Made by a program: the position numbers and the translations under genes. 35,273 nucleotides of DNA from contig JAUCBJ010007565.1 in NCBI GenBank assembly GCA_032718475.1, positions 1 through 35,273 on the forward strand. The letters are read 5' to 3'. The notes beneath the pieces were generated by a model that did no database searches, was not told the DNA's origin, and was given only the letters and a program-made list of their open reading frames with translations. This DNA comes from Nemertoderma westbladi. Its lineage: Eukaryota; Animalia; Xenacoelomorpha. Of this stretch, positions 32,398 through 35,273 are shown in pieces. Position 1 is the stretch's first letter. Each line of letters starts with the position of its first letter.

Positions 32398-32549
32398 CCA
32401 ACTGCTGGACCCCAGACTGAATTGGACTGCGGTCCCATAGAATAAAACGGAAACCAAACTACGTTACAGCTAGGTACGAAACTATTGCAGTAATTATCCG
32501 TAGTAACTGCTTGGAACTGTTTATAATACAATGACGTTGTGTCTCCTAG

Positions 32550-33946
32550 GTTACGATGACGTGTCTGTATGCCGGTCTACCGATGCCGACAGCGGACTGT
32601 ACGAATCCACCGAGGATCTGAGTGCGACCGACAGAGAGAAGGGCTACGCGTTGGTGCGTCGGGTCAACGACCGGGCGGTCGGTGGCCCCAGCAGTCCCGC
32701 CGCCTCGCCGCCTCGTAGCGACTCCAGCGGCGAGGTGCCGCCCCCGGTCCCCGCCCGTCTGCCCAACATCGAGCTAAGCGACGAGGAGACCCCCGCCGTG
32801 TGGGTCCCCCCTCGCCCCCGCTCCCTCCTCTGGGACCCGGCCCCCCAAGTCGCCCACTCCCGTCGCGGTTCTCACGAAGTCGCCTCCGTTGCCATGACGT
32901 CGCCCAATCACCGCCTCGCCGCCCACGCTCGAACTCGGAGCAACGGATTCGCTCAGCGCTCGCCCGACAGATCGCTCCCGCCGATCCCGCTCGGTTCCCT
33001 CGACGCGCCCTCCAGCGAGGGAGTGCCGCGGGAACCCAGTTACACGCTGGTCGGCGCGCGACCCTGTCTGGACGACGTTCTCCGATCGCCCCCTAGCGGC
33101 CCCCCCGAGTACTACTCATCAATAGCCTCCTCTTCCGACCCCACCTACGACCATATACCGGAGTCGGCCGCTAAGGGGCGACCGACGGCTTCCACTCCGT
33201 ACGCGGCGGTGGACTCGGATATTTACCTCGACCTGGACTCCGTCGCGAGTCCGATCTACGCACCTATCGGGCCGCCGGTGTCGCGATTAGTCGCGCCGTT
33301 GGCGCGGCTCTCCGAGTTCGACGAGGTAAGTCCGGAGCCGGAACGTCGGAGTCGGCATCGGAGGGTCATGTCGGACCCAGTGGAGGAGTTGTACGCGCGG
33401 GTGAATAAACCGGGTCGCCCGAACAATGTGCGGGTGTCGGTGAACCAGGGAAGGGAACCGACGAACCACGGGGGGACGGAACCAACGAACCACGGGGGGA
33501 GGGAACACGACTCGGACTCGAGCAGCGCTCCCGGCTACGAATCGGTCCCGTGGCCGAGTCGCACGTTGGGGCGATTGGAGGAGGACGCGCGACACCCGGT
33601 CGTCGGCACAAACCCGAGTGCTGTAAGAGTCAACGGCGATTTGACGACGTACTCGGACGTTGTCGGGCCCCTGGATCCCCGTCAGATGATCCAGATAGAC
33701 GAGGTGCAGCGAGCGGATCCCGCCTTCTGGGCTCGTAGGGAGCACACCTACACCGAGATACTCCGAGGGGGGCCGGACGCCCATCACACATACTCCGAGA
33801 TTCCCGGGGGCCGTTCGGCCAGGCAGCACACCTACACAGAGATACCCAACGACAGGTCGGCCCGGCCACGCAATAAACGCCACAGTCGATTACGTCACGG
33901 TGTCAGCAATGGGGACTGCGGTAACAGAAAGCTGGGAACCCTGTAG
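32550..33946 (+). CDS. Terminal coding exon of PAG1/Cbp-like transmembrane adaptor (disordered, Tyr-motif and PxxP rich)
   Basis: Acceptor GTCTCCTAG|GT, phase 1, in frame with exon 3. Motifs YDDV, YTLV, YSSI, YDHI, YAAV, YLDL, YAPI, YARVNKPG, GYESV, YSDV, 3x HTY(T/S)EI; PPPVPAR, RSLPPIP. Confidence 0.85.
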
Positions 33947-34325
33947 TTCCAGAGAACACTTTTACTTTCAGTTTAAAGTTTCAGCTTATTGTAAATTTTT
34001 TATAATAGCAATATAATTGTTGTTACTCGTTATTACTACTTCCTTAGATATAGACTACCAGTTCTGTTGATATGCAGTATATTTATGTGCCCTGAGTTTT
34101 GTATTTATCGTAAACTATTATTATAGTTCTATATTTTATCACCAGATATTATTTTAGTTATTTTTATTTTGATCGCTTTGTTAAAGGTCGTTTTATCGTG
34201 TCGCATCAGTTGTTATGAATAACTATTAACAACAGTCGATAGTCCGGAATGTACACAATCATCGAAGGGTTTAAAAGCTCCCGCAATGTAATCTTATTAT
34301 TAAAGTTGTATTATTTTACGATAAG

Positions 34326-34331
34326 AATAAA
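34326..34331 (+). terminator. Candidate polyadenylation signal of the adaptor gene
   Basis: AATAAA ~380 nt after the stop codon, following an AT-rich UTR. Confidence 0.4.
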
Positions 34332-34423
34332 GTGTCGGAGAGATTTCGTCCGAGGGGGTGAGTTGGCAGGCTTTTAGCCATCGAGTGCAAAATTCAATAT
34401 TGCGCGGGCAGACAATCACCTTA

Positions 34424-34700
34424 GGTTCCACCTTGGTTTAGTGGATGCATTGAATTCACATCTCCTGTAGGTCGTGGGTTCGATCCTCGCATGGGCCAGG
34501 GCAGTTTTCTTATCGGCACGAATGCTTTAAAGGGACCAGCCAGGGCGCATCTCTGCCTCGCATCCTTAAGTGGTAGCTAAATGAGTACTGGAGTTTCCTC
34601 TGGGGAGTAAAGTTCTGGGGGGACCGCACTGGAAATAAGTCGTCAGACTTTGTGCGTAATCCCTGGCCTAGCGGCCGAAGAAAATTTACTTTACTTTTAC
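34424..34700 (+). mobile_element. tRNA-derived SINE
   Basis: A box TGGTTTAGTGG (34434-34444), B box GGTTCGATCC (34477-34486), central AAATGAGTACTGG...CTGGGGAGTAAAG block, (TTTAC)n tail. Confidence 0.8.
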
Positions 34701-35273
34701 GTTTTTAATCACGGCTTACTAAATGGCCTAATAGGCAAATTTTCAAAATTAATTTTATAGGATAATTAAAATCAACAAGTCATTGTGGGAAGGCCAAAAT
34801 GAACAAAAGCTTAATGTCCCAAAAGTCAATTCTCAAAAAAAGTATTTTTTACGAATTTTGGATATTTTCAAACTATCCCAAATGTCACATAAAGTTCGCT
34901 AATATGTTTTTCTCATTAAATATCGCATAAAGTTAAGTAACAAATAGTTCCAAACTGCACTAAACTAATAGAGTAAGTTGGAGGCTTGTATTCTATTGGT
35001 GGTTAAATTTGTTTTTCTTTAAATATTGGAGAATAAATAAAAATGATATAGAAATATTCCGTGGTTAATAATACACTGTGTATATGGGATGTGGTTGAAT
35101 TGCCATTAATTTTGTAAATAATTAATATATCGTGACCAAAGAGCCAGAAGATTAGAAGATTATTTTCCAAAGAGGCAAAACAATACATACTGAAATTTAA
35201 CATCAACTATAGTCTGTGTGTGTTGTTTTACCTCTAACGGTTTTCAACTTTTATGTTGTGAGGGTTGTTCTGG

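Noticed and set aside
32531-32549. ATG 32531 as the start of a single-exon 471-aa gene
   Set aside because: MTLCLL overlaps a pyrimidine tract and CTAG acceptor, and the phase matches upstream exon 3
34424-34500. tRNA gene
   Set aside because: A and B boxes are present but there is no convincing cloverleaf, and it continues into a SINE body and tail

Overview
Eukaryotic, repeat-rich, probably invertebrate animal DNA with spliceosomal introns, LINE/SINE/Penelope/LTR elements and satellites; the organism cannot be determined. (1) 1-4848 looks like the 3' end of an LTR retrotransposon. It has an A-rich spacer, an intact 866-aa accessory ORF combining a DEDD/WRN-type 3'-5' exonuclease-like domain with CCHC zinc knuckles, a polypurine tract, and a ~1.6-kb TGTT...AACA LTR. 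The LTR holds nine structured-RNA modules: six covarying kink-turn/UUCG hairpins and three GAAA/loop-E-like hairpins, a further copy of which sits inside the ORF. This is the best candidate for an undescribed system. (2) A four-coding-exon + strand gene not assembled by the ORF track (7554-7654, 10904-11118, 12725-12883, 32550-33946; all splice phases compatible; 623 aa) encodes a PAG1/Cbp-like palmitoylatable transmembrane adaptor. (3) Its ~19.7-kb third intron contains a 75-bp satellite starting at the splice donor, an RTE-X-like LINE with intact ORF2 inserted in that satellite, a Penelope fragment with an inverted terminal segment and 13-bp TSD, a nested same-strand intronless SLC25A35-like gene, and two different 26-bp satellites. 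A tRNA-derived SINE lies downstream. All family assignments come from motif recognition by eye, not database searches.
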